Virus record (IMG/VR): IMGVR_UViG_3300018946_000033
Coordinates: 5,717-69,716 of that record
Source: a virus
Direction: 5' to 3' (one strand)
DNA: 64,000 nucleotides
Part shown: one piece after another, positions 9,333 through 18,052 of the stretch
Position numbering within the stretch: the first letter of the stretch is position 1
Layout: each line of letters opens with the position of its first letter
Notes under the pieces: model-generated
Databases searched by the model: none
What the model was told of the DNA's origin: nothing
Seen by the model: only the letters and a program-made list of their open reading frames with translations
Position numbers and translations under genes: made by a program

Positions 9333-10127
9333 ATGTTTCGCGAGAACCGACCGGCGTCACCGCACGGTTCGGCGCCGGCCGGGGCGCGCGACTGCCACCT
9401 GTACCGCTTCTACGTCCGCGACCCGCGCACCAACTACCAGACGAAGACGCTCGGCTACATCGGGGAGACGGTGCGGGCGCCGTTCGCCCGGTTGATGGAG
9501 CACATCAAGGCCCAGCCGTGGGCGGACACGATCGTCGGGTGGGAAGTCGACGACGCCGTGTACGCCGGGAAGGACGCCGTGCTCGAAGCGGAGCGGGCGG
9601 CGGTCGAGGCGGAACGGCCGCTCTACAACTACGAGTGGAACCTGGACAACCCGGAGCGCGTCGAGATCTGGAAAGCGAAGGAGCAGCGCGCCGCCCGGGA
9701 CGCCGCCGCGGGCAAGCAGACGTGGCAGCCGGGGGAGCGGGACCGCGCGTACCGCGCGCCCGCCCCCCGGTCGGCCCCGGCCCGCCGCCCGCCCAGGGAA
9801 CCGCGCCGTGAGGTGCTGCGCCCGCCGACGCTGCCGCCGAGGTGGCGGCGCAGACGCAACGAAGCCGCCGCGTGGACGGCCGCGTGGCTGGTCTTGGCTG
9901 GCACGCTGTGGTGGTTGGCTGGGGTGCTCCTGCCCGAAGCGGTCGGACCGATCGTGGTTGACGACCGGGCCCGCATCGTCGGTGCGGTGGCGGTGGCCAC
10001 GCTGCTGCCCGTTGTGACGATGCGGCGCAAGAGGCACCGGAAGGCGGCGCTGGGCGTGCTCGGCGTGCTGACCGTGGCGTTGTACCTGGCGATGCCCGAA
10101 CTGCTGGCCGACTTGTCGAGCAGATGA
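9333..10127 (+). CDS. GIY-YIG-like nuclease with three C-terminal TM helices
   Basis: LYRF...GYIGET..RLMEH...EAERAAVEAERPLYN; hydrophobic C-terminus. Confidence 0.75.
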   Translation: MFRENRPASPHGSAPAGARDCHLYRFYVRDPRTNYQTKTLGYIGETVRAPFARLMEHIKAQPWADTIVGWEVDDAVYAGKDAVLEAERAAVEAERPLYNYEWNLDNPERVEIWKAKEQRAARDAAAGKQTWQPGERDRAYRAPAPRSAPARRPPREPRREVLRPPTLPPRWRRRRNEAAAWTAAWLVLAGTLWWLAGVLLPEAVGPIVVDDRARIVGAVAVATLLPVVTMRRKRHRKAALGVLGVLTVALYLAMPELLADLSSR

Positions 10128-10154
10128 GGGCGTTCCGCGTGGCACCCCAACCAC

Positions 10155-10175
10155 GTCACGGTAGCGTGACACAAT
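10155..10175 (+). promoter_or_regulatory. Palindromic operator next to a leaderless -10 element
   Basis: GTCACG-GTAG-CGTGAC followed by CACAAT shortly before GTG. Confidence 0.5.
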
Positions 10176-10178
10176 GCG

Positions 10179-10388
10179 GTGGTGGAGATCAGCATCACCA
10201 TCGACGGGCGACCCGCCCACACCACCGAACAAGCCGCGAAGATCCTCGGCCTCGAACCCGAAGCCCTCCGCCAACGCATAAGACGCCGAAGGGCAGCAGG
10301 CGACCCAGTCAGCCCAGCCGGCCACCTCGACGCACGAACGCCCCTCTACTGGATCGAAGACCTGCAACCCAAGGAGCCAGCCCGATGA
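10179..10388 (+). CDS. Small HTH DNA-binding protein
   Basis: TTEQAAKILGLEPEALRQRIRR. Confidence 0.75.
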   Translation: MVEISITIDGRPAHTTEQAAKILGLEPEALRQRIRRRRAAGDPVSPAGHLDARTPLYWIEDLQPKEPAR

Positions 10389-10927
10389 ACGTCGCCGACT
10401 TCGCCGACTGGGTCAAGAAACTCGTCGACCACGCCGACAACCCGAAGATCGCCAAGGTCCAGACCCACACAGAGGTTGGCCGGTGGGAACACCCCTGCGG
10501 CGTCGTCATCACGTTCACTGACGGGTGGCGCGTCTTCAACCAACTCGTCGCATCCGGCGGCCCGCCGCGTCCGCTCAGCCAGGAACGTACGCCCGACTGG
10601 GCGGACAGGCCCGCCTATGTGCAGGGCCGAGCGGCCGACGACAAGGCCATCAAGGCGGCGCCCACCCCGGCGGGCAAGCCGAACCTCCCCGCCATGAAGG
10701 TTCGGGAAGTGCAGCAGCTCATCGTCGACCTCATCGCCGCGGCGAACCATCCCGACATCACGTCCGCCGAGACCAAGACCAGCCAGTTCTACGCCAACCA
10801 GAGGCCCGCAATCCGCGTCAAGATGGCCGACGACACGACGTTCACCGGCTACACGGTCGGCTACGCAGCGCCCGGCAGCACCACGTTCGCCCACCAAGCC
10901 CATCAGGTCCCGAAGGAGTGGTTCTAG
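10385..10927 (+). CDS. Hypothetical protein with internal domain duplication
   Basis: AAGGAG RBS; two similar halves. Confidence 0.7.
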   Translation: MNVADFADWVKKLVDHADNPKIAKVQTHTEVGRWEHPCGVVITFTDGWRVFNQLVASGGPPRPLSQERTPDWADRPAYVQGRAADDKAIKAAPTPAGKPNLPAMKVREVQQLIVDLIAAANHPDITSAETKTSQFYANQRPAIRVKMADDTTFTGYTVGYAAPGSTTFAHQAHQVPKEWF

Positions 10928-10929
10928 AC

Positions 10930-11043
10930 ATGTGCCCCGCCTGTGGTGCCCGCACGTCAGCCCAAGCCGGCCAGCCCGTTCCGCTGCACCAAGCGGAAGG
11001 CGACCGAGCGAAATGCCCGGGGTCGGGTCAGCCCGCCAAGTAG
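10930..11043 (+). CDS. Putative zinc-ribbon microprotein
   Basis: MCPACG...H...CPGSG; AAGGAG upstream. Confidence 0.5.
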   Translation: MCPACGARTSAQAGQPVPLHQAEGDRAKCPGSGQPAK

Positions 11044-11059
11044 CCCCGCGACGACGAAG

Positions 11060-11099
11060 GACCGCCGCGCCGCCCGCGTGATGGGCTGGCGCGGCGGTC
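11060..11099. terminator. Hairpin terminator
   Basis: GACCGCCGCGCC...GGCGCGGCGGTC inverted repeat. Confidence 0.7.
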
Positions 11100-11119
11100 T
11101 CGTTTGGGACAATGCCCAG

Positions 11120-11326
11120 GTGACGAAGCGGAAGCCCCTCACCTGGGACGGCGGGTGGCCGTTGTGTGAGGAGTGCATGGAACTCCTCGTCTCGTCCGGG
11201 TTCGTGGAGGCGTGCGCGTCAGTGGCCATCGAACACGCAACCAGCGCCGGCACGTTGGCGCGGCGCACGGTGAACGAGTACCACGCCCGGCGGCACCCCG
11301 CCGAGATGGCTCCGGTCGACGCGTAG
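11120..11326 (+). CDS. Small leaderless hypothetical protein
   Basis: GACAAT 6 nt before GTG; CxxC motif. Confidence 0.55.
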   Translation: MTKRKPLTWDGGWPLCEECMELLVSSGFVEACASVAIEHATSAGTLARRTVNEYHARRHPAEMAPVDA

Positions 11327-11339
11327 GCCCGCAACAACA

Positions 11340-11374
11340 AACCGCCCCACCTCCGCGATGAAGGTGGGGCGGTT
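11340..11374. terminator. Hairpin terminator
   Basis: AACCGCCCCACCT / AGGTGGGGCGGTT. Confidence 0.75.
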
Positions 11375-11467
11375 CTCGTTTGGCGCGACCGGCGTGCACA
11401 CCCAGGGAGATGTCCGGTCGCAGGCTGAGTGTGCGCCCCGCAAGCCCAAGAACGCCAGACACAAAAC

Positions 11468-11509
11468 GATGCCGGCCCGCCCACCCGTGAGGGCAGACGG
11501 GCCGGCATC
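11468..11509. terminator. Hairpin terminator at the end of the late operon
   Basis: GATGCCGGCCCG / CGGGCCGGCATC with T-run on the - strand. Confidence 0.65.
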
Positions 11510-11553
11510 AGTCTCCGCGCGGGCAGGTGGGGATGCCGCTCCGCGCGGAGGGT

Positions 11554-11904
11554 CTACGGCTGGTCGACGGGCGTGGGAGGCTCGGTGTCGGAGATCGACG
11601 GGGCCGCGCCGGTCACGAGCACCCCGAGGGCGGCGACGATGAGGTTCACAACCTCAGCCGACGTGATCCCGTCGGTGATGTACGTGGTGACGAGGCTGAG
11701 CACGGCGAGGGTCGCAGCGACGGCAGTCTTGATCCACTTGTACTGCGGGAGGTTCGGGGCGAGGTACACGCCGACCGCTGCGGTGAACGCAACTGCGATC
11801 TGCACCGCCTCGCCCTGCGTCACACCATCGGTGATGACGGACGCGACGACGACAGCGACAGCGGCGGCGAGGGACGCGATGGACTTGCCGAACTTGCGGA
11901 TCAT
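11554..11904 (-). CDS. Holin
   Basis: AAAGGAG RBS; 4 TM with duplicated ITDG(V/I)TxxE motif; end of lysis cassette. Confidence 0.8.
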   Translation of the reverse strand: MIRKFGKSIASLAAAVAVVVASVITDGVTQGEAVQIAVAFTAAVGVYLAPNLPQYKWIKTAVAATLAVLSLVTTYITDGITSAEVVNLIVAALGVLVTGAAPSISDTEPPTPVDQP

Positions 11905-11998
11905 GGTTGTGCTCCTTTGACGAGTTATGGCGTGGTTGTTTGCGGTGCCGGAGCGACGCGCAACGTCGCCATAACCGGGGTCGGTCCGTCTGCTCGGG

Positions 11999-12304
11999 CT
12001 ATGCATCAGTCCAGATGCCGCCGCGAATCCAGCCGTGCTTGTTGCAGCAGTTCCATAGGAGGCTCGGCTCAAGGTGCAGCGGTTCAACCGCGATGAGGTC
12101 GTGCTTGCCGACGTGCGCAAGCGCCCAACAGCCCTCGCCTACGTCGCCAAAGTCGAGCGGTTGGCGGGTGCACCAGTGCCACGTGATGACCGCTTCGGCG
12201 GTCCCCGCTGGCTCGTCGGGGTCGAACCGGTAGTAGACATCGCCACCGGCCGGGATCGCGTTGTCCCAGTTGCTCGGCGGATCGTCGTGGTCCAGGTGAG
12301 TCAC
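11999..12304 (-). CDS. DUF6527-like metal-binding protein
   Basis: PLHLEPSLLWNCCNKHGWIRGGIW. Confidence 0.65.
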   Translation of the reverse strand: MTHLDHDDPPSNWDNAIPAGGDVYYRFDPDEPAGTAEAVITWHWCTRQPLDFGDVGEGCWALAHVGKHDLIAVEPLHLEPSLLWNCCNKHGWIRGGIWTDA

Positions 12305-12414
12305 CTGCGCGCCTCCAGCGATCTTGGATGTAACGGGAAACGCCCGATGCGCAACATCGGGCGATAGGAATGAAGCTCAACGTTCGGTCGGAGGTGTCCG
12401 CTAGGGTGCCGCCC

Positions 12415-12750
12415 ATGGCTGGCCGTCCGGTTCTGAGCGACGCCGAACAGCGCACCGTCGAACTGATCGCCAAACTCGGTGAGCGGCGGGCCAGCCCCGA
12501 CCGCGACGACATGGAATGCCAGCGGATCGCCGAAGCGCTCGAGCAGGTACCGGTGCGGCGCCGCGGCGTCATCCTCAACGCCTGCCTCGGGCTGTACCTC
12601 GAAGACGGCCGACCCGAGACCGAGCCGATCGCCGTGATGCTCGTCGTGATGGGCGCCGACCCCGACCGGGCGTGGCAGTATCGACCACCACGGCCCAGGG
12701 TCAGCGAGGAGACAACCGATGCACGGCTGGCCGAAGTTGAGTCCCGCTGA
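12415..12750 (+). CDS. Hypothetical helical protein, paralog of next gene
   Basis: TAGGGT 7 nt before ATG (leaderless). Confidence 0.7.
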   Translation: MAGRPVLSDAEQRTVELIAKLGERRASPDRDDMECQRIAEALEQVPVRRRGVILNACLGLYLEDGRPETEPIAVMLVVMGADPDRAWQYRPPRPRVSEETTDARLAEVESR

Positions 12751-13051
12751 ACGCGTCGTCGTCGCGAAGGTCGGTGGGGCCGCCGAGTACGAACTCAACG
12801 CCCCCGAAGCCGAAGACCGCACCGACATCGCCGACCTGCTCGCCGAGGTGGCCGATCCGGACCGGCGACGGTTGGTGCTGGCCATGGCCGCTCAGGCGTA
12901 CGTCGATGAGGAGCACGGGCACCGGGTGGCGCAGCTGATCGAGCGCGACCACGGCGCGGACCTAGCCCTTGCGCGGCAGTACCGTCAGGCCCGGCTCAAG
13001 CGGCAGGGGTTCGACTTGGCCAAGATGGTCGAGTCGAAGGACCCCAAGTAG
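12719..13051 (+). CDS. Hypothetical helical protein, paralog of previous gene
   Basis: GAGGAG RBS; shared motifs. Confidence 0.7.
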   Translation: MHGWPKLSPAERVVVAKVGGAAEYELNAPEAEDRTDIADLLAEVADPDRRRLVLAMAAQAYVDEEHGHRVAQLIERDHGADLALARQYRQARLKRQGFDLAKMVESKDPK

Positions 13052-14459
13052 TCGTCGGCCGCGGCCAGCACTGATACGAGCAGTACGACGGCGTAGGCGC
13101 GGGCGTGTACCCGCAGCGCCAATCCCAGCGGATCCTCGACGTGCACGGGCTCGGCGTGACACTGCGGGTGGTGCTGGGCCGAGGTGACGGCGTGACACTC
13201 GCGGACGGCGACGGCGTGACGCTCGGGGTGACGCTGGGAGTAGGACTCGGCGGCGGCGTCACCGGGGGAGTGGTCCCCGCGGTGGTGAAGAGCAGCCGAT
13301 TCGGCGACCCAGCGCCGGCGCCCGTGACCTTCCCGGCAGTGGCGGCGGCGATCAGGGCGTCGTGGACCTGCCGCGCCGACGCGCCCGGGTTAGCCCCCAG
13401 GTACAGGGCGGCAGCACCCGCGACGTGCGGGCTCGACATGGACGTGCCCGACATGCTGGTCGTGCCGCCACCGTTCGCGGACGACACGATGCCAACGCCA
13501 GGGGCGAACAGGTCCACGCAGGTGCCGAAGTTGGAGAACGACGCCCGGGCATCCGACGAACTGGTCGCGCCCACGGTGATCGCCTCAGCGACCCGCGCCG
13601 GGGACTTCGTGCACGCATCCGTGTTCTCGTTGCCGGCCGACACGGCGAAGCTCACCCCGGCGGCTGTGGCGTTGCGGACCGCACTGTCGAGCGCCGCACC
13701 CGCGGACCCGCCCAGGCTCATGTTCGCCACCGACGGCCGCGACGCGTTGCCCACCACCCAGTCGATGCCGGCGATGATCTGCGAGTACGCGCCGGAGCCG
13801 CCGCAGTCCAGCACCCGCACCGACACCAGCCGCACGTCCTTGGCGACGCCGTACGTCGAACCGCCCACAGTGCCGGCCACGTGCGTGCCATGGCCCTGGC
13901 AATCAGAGGCGTCGGTGTCGTTGTCGATGAAGTCATAACCCGACCGCGCGCGGCCACCGAACTCCGGGTGGCTCAGGCGCACACCAGTGTCGAGGATGTA
14001 CGCGGTGACGTTGCCGGCCGCGCCGTACGTGTACGAGCGGCTCAACGGCAGGTCGCGCTGGTCGATGCGGTCCAAGCCCCACACCGGGTTCGTCTGCGTC
14101 CCGTCGAGGGCGACCTGCCGGTCCTGCTCCACGAACGCCACCGACGGGTCCGACGCCAACTGGCGGGCACCTGCCTCAGTCAGCGACGCGGAGAACCCGC
14201 GCACCGCCCGGGTGAACTGCCGGTCGACCCTGCCGCCGACGCGGCCAGCGAACCGGGACGCCGACGCCGCGCCCGAACCGGCCGCCGCCGTCCCCTCCTT
14301 GAAGACCACGATGAACCGGCCCGGTAGCGCGCCGGCCACACCAACACCCAGGACCGCGCCGTCGCGGGGCTCGTCGTCCGCCGAACTGGCAGTGGCGGTG
14401 AACCACACAGCGGCGGCAACAGCGGACGCGGTCACCAGCACGGAAACTTTGCGACGCAT
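12996..14459 (-). CDS. Secreted S8 subtilisin (proteinase K/aqualysin-like) with I9 propeptide
   Basis: Signal peptide; ILDTG, HGTHVAG, SAGN, GTSMSSPH; Pro/Ser/Thr tail; GAGGAG RBS. Confidence 0.95.
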   Translation of the reverse strand: MRRKVSVLVTASAVAAAVWFTATASSADDEPRDGAVLGVGVAGALPGRFIVVFKEGTAAAGSGAASASRFAGRVGGRVDRQFTRAVRGFSASLTEAGARQLASDPSVAFVEQDRQVALDGTQTNPVWGLDRIDQRDLPLSRSYTYGAAGNVTAYILDTGVRLSHPEFGGRARSGYDFIDNDTDASDCQGHGTHVAGTVGGSTYGVAKDVRLVSVRVLDCGGSGAYSQIIAGIDWVVGNASRPSVANMSLGGSAGAALDSAVRNATAAGVSFAVSAGNENTDACTKSPARVAEAITVGATSSSDARASFSNFGTCVDLFAPGVGIVSSANGGGTTSMSGTSMSSPHVAGAAALYLGANPGASARQVHDALIAAATAGKVTGAGAGSPNRLLFTTAGTTPPVTPPPSPTPSVTPSVTPSPSASVTPSPRPSTTRSVTPSPCTSRIRWDWRCGYTPAPTPSYCSYQCWPRPTTTWGPSTRPSWPSRTPAA

Positions 14460-14480
14460 GGGAGCTCCTCCCAGAACGGC

Positions 14481-15083
14481 TCAGCCCAAGCAGCCGAGCA
14501 GCGGCACGCACACCAACGGCTCCGGAGGGGTCGAAGGCTTCGGCACCGGCAGTGCCGGTGTAGTTGTAGGCGGACGCGGAACCGGAGCAGCCGCGGGCGG
14601 CGCAGGTGGGCGAGCCGACCCCGGACCTGTCGGACCAGGCTCGCTGCCGCCGGCCCCGCCCGGCTGGCGGACAGCACCCGGAACCTGCCGCATCTCCTTC
14701 GGGTTCGCGGTGCACCCGTACGTCGCGCGGGCCGCCTCCACGTCAGCGTCACGCGGCTGCAACCGGTCCAGCACCGTGCACACCAGCGCCGACACCTTCG
14801 CCTGCTGCGCGTCGCGCTTCGCGTTCGCCTCAGCGGCCAATTTCCGACGCTCCGCCAGGTCCTTCTCCAACGTCGCGAACCGCACGTCCGCGTCGTCCGA
14901 CGCCCGGTGATAGGCGATCGCCGCGCCGACATACGCGGCAGCCGCCGAACATGTCGTGATCGCGAACACGAACGCCGCGAAAATCTGCCACATCTTCCGC
15001 TGCGGCTGGTGCAGCACCAAACCCGGCTGGTCAGTTGCCACCGGGTGCAACTCCTCGTCCACCTCGCTACCGTGACGAGCCAT
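14481..15083 (-). CDS. Lysis-cassette membrane protein with coiled coil and Pro-rich tail
   Basis: One TM, coiled coil, paired Cys, Pro-rich C-terminus. Confidence 0.7.
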   Translation of the reverse strand: MARHGSEVDEELHPVATDQPGLVLHQPQRKMWQIFAAFVFAITTCSAAAAYVGAAIAYHRASDDADVRFATLEKDLAERRKLAAEANAKRDAQQAKVSALVCTVLDRLQPRDADVEAARATYGCTANPKEMRQVPGAVRQPGGAGGSEPGPTGPGSARPPAPPAAAPVPRPPTTTPALPVPKPSTPPEPLVCVPLLGCLG

Positions 15084-15420
15084 CGCCGCCGTCCCTCCGC
15101 ATGTTGTCCGGGTCCAACCCAGCTGCGAGCACCTCAAGGCGGAGCCTCGCGTTCGTCTCCCGGTACCGGTCCCGCTCGCCCGTCATGGCCTCGAGCAGGT
15201 GCGTCAACTCCGCGACCTTCGAGTCCAACGCGTTCAGCCGGGCGTGGACGAGCTTGTCGAACTCCGTCTCATGGTTCGTCGCAGCGGTCCGGAACGTCCC
15301 GCTCAGCGCGAGCCCTCCGACGATGACCGTCGCCGCCAGTGCCAGCGCGGCGGGTAGCACGTACTGCAGGATGCTGTCGCCGCTGGTGGCTTCCGCGAGG
15401 GCTAGGACAGTTACCCACAC
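15067..15420 (-). CDS. Lysis-cassette membrane protein
   Basis: TM followed by coiled coil; GAGGAG RBS. Confidence 0.7.
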   Translation of the reverse strand: MWVTVLALAEATSGDSILQYVLPAALALAATVIVGGLALSGTFRTAATNHETEFDKLVHARLNALDSKVAELTHLLEAMTGERDRYRETNARLRLEVLAAGLDPDNMRRDGGDGSSR

Positions 15421-15424
15421 CAGC

Positions 15425-15889
15425 TCATCTCCTCGACGGCGGTTTAGCGGAAGGTGTCGTGCGGGCCAAGATCACGGAAACCACGGCGATGAACAGCAGT
15501 TCCCCGACGCCCAAGTTGCCGACCTCGCCGGTCACGAACCACGAGCCGACAATCCCGAACGTCCACATCGTGTACCAAGCCGCGACCGCTCCCAGGCAGC
15601 CGCGCATCAGGATGTACGGGTTGCCCGCGCCGCCGCGATGCCTACCAAACGCGTACAGGGTCAGCATGAACAGCACAGCCAGCGGCGGGCCGTAGCCGCG
15701 CATGCCCCACGGGTTCACGTTGCGCAAGAACGTGAAGCTCACGCTGGCGTATCCAGTGTCGGGAAACGCGAGGAGCGACACCGCGTCCCAGCCCACGACC
15801 AACACGATCAGGGCGGCGACGGTGGTCCGCCACGCGTAGTAGCCGGCGGCGCGGCGCCAATGCCCCAACGCCTCACCTGGGTCGCTCAT
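15425..15889 (-). CDS. Four-TM membrane protein (holin-like accessory)
   Basis: Four hydrophobic segments directly after endolysin. Confidence 0.7.
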   Translation of the reverse strand: MSDPGEALGHWRRAAGYYAWRTTVAALIVLVVGWDAVSLLAFPDTGYASVSFTFLRNVNPWGMRGYGPPLAVLFMLTLYAFGRHRGGAGNPYILMRGCLGAVAAWYTMWTFGIVGSWFVTGEVGNLGVGELLFIAVVSVILARTTPSAKPPSRR

Positions 15890-15906
15890 CTCGCCGGCCC
15901 GGGCAT

Positions 15907-16671
15907 TCAGGCGGGCGGCTCGTTGTCGGCGCTGCCCAGCGCCGACAACAGTCGGTCAAGTTTTCGCTCCACTGCGGCGAGGCGTTCCGAACTGGCGGCG
16001 TCGGCGCGCTCGGCGATTGCGGCGACCTGCGCGTCAGTAAGGGTCAGCGATGGAGCGGGGCGCCCCACGAGGTCGGCCACCTTTGCCTGCACGTTCTTTT
16101 CCAAGACCAGCGCGATCCACGAGTCGCCGCCGATGCCGGACTTGCCGTCGTAGTGCTGCAGCAGCGCGCGGAGGCTCACAACGAGGTCTTCGGGCATGTC
16201 ATCTCCTATGGCTTGCATGGCTGGCTTCGAGACGATAGGCGGTGCGATGCGCCACGGCCGGATGTCGTCGGCGCGGGCGTCGCCGACGACGCTCAGGTGG
16301 CCATGGTCGAAATGCTTGTCCTTGCCGCCGTACGGCCGCCACGTCCACGCCGGGTAGCCCGTGACGGGGTAGCTGGAGAACATCTGCCCGCAGGAGATCG
16401 CGTACTTCACCCGCGGGTCGCGGCTCAGCCGAATCTGCTCGAGCACCGCCCGGGGGTCCAGCCGGTCGGCGAGGGGGAAGTCCTTCGCGCACACCACCGC
16501 CGTCTTGCCCAAGGTTGGGTAGATGTGCGGGTAGTGCTCCGAGGTGGAGTTGTGCGCGAGGTCCGCGATGGTGCCGAACGACGTCGCGGGCGCTTTGGGC
16601 GCGAGCGGCCGTAGCTGGTTGTGAAGGACGATGAGGGACTTCGCGACGCGCCACGGCCCTGTGTAGCCCAC
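15907..16671 (-). CDS. Endolysin, Zn-peptidase (LAS/M15-like) type
   Basis: AGGAGG RBS; GTIADLAH..SEH...CAKD...HFDHGHLSV; position after tail genes. Confidence 0.8.
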   Translation of the reverse strand: MGYTGPWRVAKSLIVLHNQLRPLAPKAPATSFGTIADLAHNSTSEHYPHIYPTLGKTAVVCAKDFPLADRLDPRAVLEQIRLSRDPRVKYAISCGQMFSSYPVTGYPAWTWRPYGGKDKHFDHGHLSVVGDARADDIRPWRIAPPIVSKPAMQAIGDDMPEDLVVSLRALLQHYDGKSGIGGDSWIALVLEKNVQAKVADLVGRPAPSLTLTDAQVAAIAERADAASSERLAAVERKLDRLLSALGSADNEPPA

Positions 16672-16706
16672 GGCGAACCTCCTACTGGTTGGTTGAAGGT
16701 CGCCGG

Positions 16707-16955
16707 TCAGGTCGACTGGAGCGCGATGGTGCCGTTGCTGTTGTACAGAACCCAGCCGGTCGGGCCGAACGTGGCCAGCACGGCGTTCGTGTCGCGGTGG
16801 ACCAGAATCAACGTGCCGCCGTCGATGGTGATCGAGCCGCTCACCGTGGCGTTGCCGAGCCGCGGCGCCCGGTCCAGCGTGCTGATGCGATCCTCGATGG
16901 CCTTCAGGCGCCGGGCCAACGCGTTCTCGTCGTGGGGTGGGGTGATCGTGCTCAT
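16707..16955 (-). CDS. Small minor tail protein
   Basis: LARRLKAIEDRISTL coiled coil; ATGA coupled. Confidence 0.65.
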   Translation of the reverse strand: MSTITPPHDENALARRLKAIEDRISTLDRAPRLGNATVSGSITIDGGTLILVHRDTNAVLATFGPTGWVLYNSNGTIALQST

Positions 16956-18049
16956 GTCGCCGCCTGACCGAGCGCCAACGTGACCTGTTCAGCCCTGCCC
17001 GCCTGGCCGGGCACAACGGACCAGCCCGTGACCCGGCGCATCTCATCAATTCCGGGGCCGCCCGACACGGTGGCCGGGTGGTACGGCGACGTGATCCGCA
17101 GCCGCGCCGGCACACCCAACGGGTACTCCCCGAACGCCGGCGACGCATCGCCGAACAAAGTCACGGTCGGCACAGTCGACTCGCCCAGCCCGGCCCGCTG
17201 CACCTCGGCAGTCCGGATCACCAGCCGGTCGAAGCTGACCTCGTCCTTGGCGGAGAACACGCCCTCGAAGATCGGGAACCCGGCGGCCAGGTCGTCGTCG
17301 TCGACCACCTCGTACAGCAGCATCGCCGCCCCCTCGCCCTGCCCAATGCCAGTCAAAGCGTTCGGCGCGCCGGTGCGGTCCTCCGGGTAGTCGTACAACG
17401 AGACACTGCCCGACGGGTACTCCAGCACGATCGGGTCGATGGTGGCCGACATGTGCGGCGCGGCCAACACCATTTGGTGCGTGAACACGCCGTTGGTGTC
17501 GCGGTCCACGACGATCGTGAACTCGAACCCCGGTGGCTGCGCGGCCAGCTTCGTGATCTCCGCGAGCATGTTGGCCCGCTCCTTGCCGACCCACGCGCCC
17601 GTGTACGACTGGCCAGACATGATGTCCGGGTCGACCGTGATGCGCAGGTCCCCGTTCGTCTGCGTCGGGAGCAGGTACAGAAACGTCCTGACCACGTTGA
17701 ACATGTCGTCGCCGACGAACGACCAGTCGGACTTGATGCTGCGCCGCCCCAGGTAACTTTCGAACGTGGCAGCCTCGATGCTCGCGCCCCGCCCGTTGTT
17801 GATCGGTCGGCGTTTCGTGACGATCCCGCCCCACACGAGGGTCCGCTCGTCGCGTTCCACGTACACGGCGGTGTGGTCGGGGACGGTGGCGCCCGCCGCG
17901 TCCACACCGCCCAGGTCGGTGAGGTCCAACGTGCACGACAGCGCACCCACGCCGTTGAGTCCGCTGCTGAACCGGTCGCAGTTCACCGGCAACTCCTCGA
18001 TGAGCGCGCCGCTCAGTAGGTCCGCGAACAGGTACCGGTAGGTGGCCAC
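16952..18049 (-). CDS. Minor tail/hub protein (ReqiPepy6 gp37-like)
   Basis: YRYLFADLLSGALIEELP, VWGGIV motifs; synteny. Confidence 0.8.
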   Translation of the reverse strand: MATYRYLFADLLSGALIEELPVNCDRFSSGLNGVGALSCTLDLTDLGGVDAAGATVPDHTAVYVERDERTLVWGGIVTKRRPINNGRGASIEAATFESYLGRRSIKSDWSFVGDDMFNVVRTFLYLLPTQTNGDLRITVDPDIMSGQSYTGAWVGKERANMLAEITKLAAQPPGFEFTIVVDRDTNGVFTHQMVLAAPHMSATIDPIVLEYPSGSVSLYDYPEDRTGAPNALTGIGQGEGAAMLLYEVVDDDDLAAGFPIFEGVFSAKDEVSFDRLVIRTAEVQRAGLGESTVPTVTLFGDASPAFGEYPLGVPARLRITSPYHPATVSGGPGIDEMRRVTGWSVVPGQAGRAEQVTLALGQAAT

Positions 18050-18052
18050 GGG

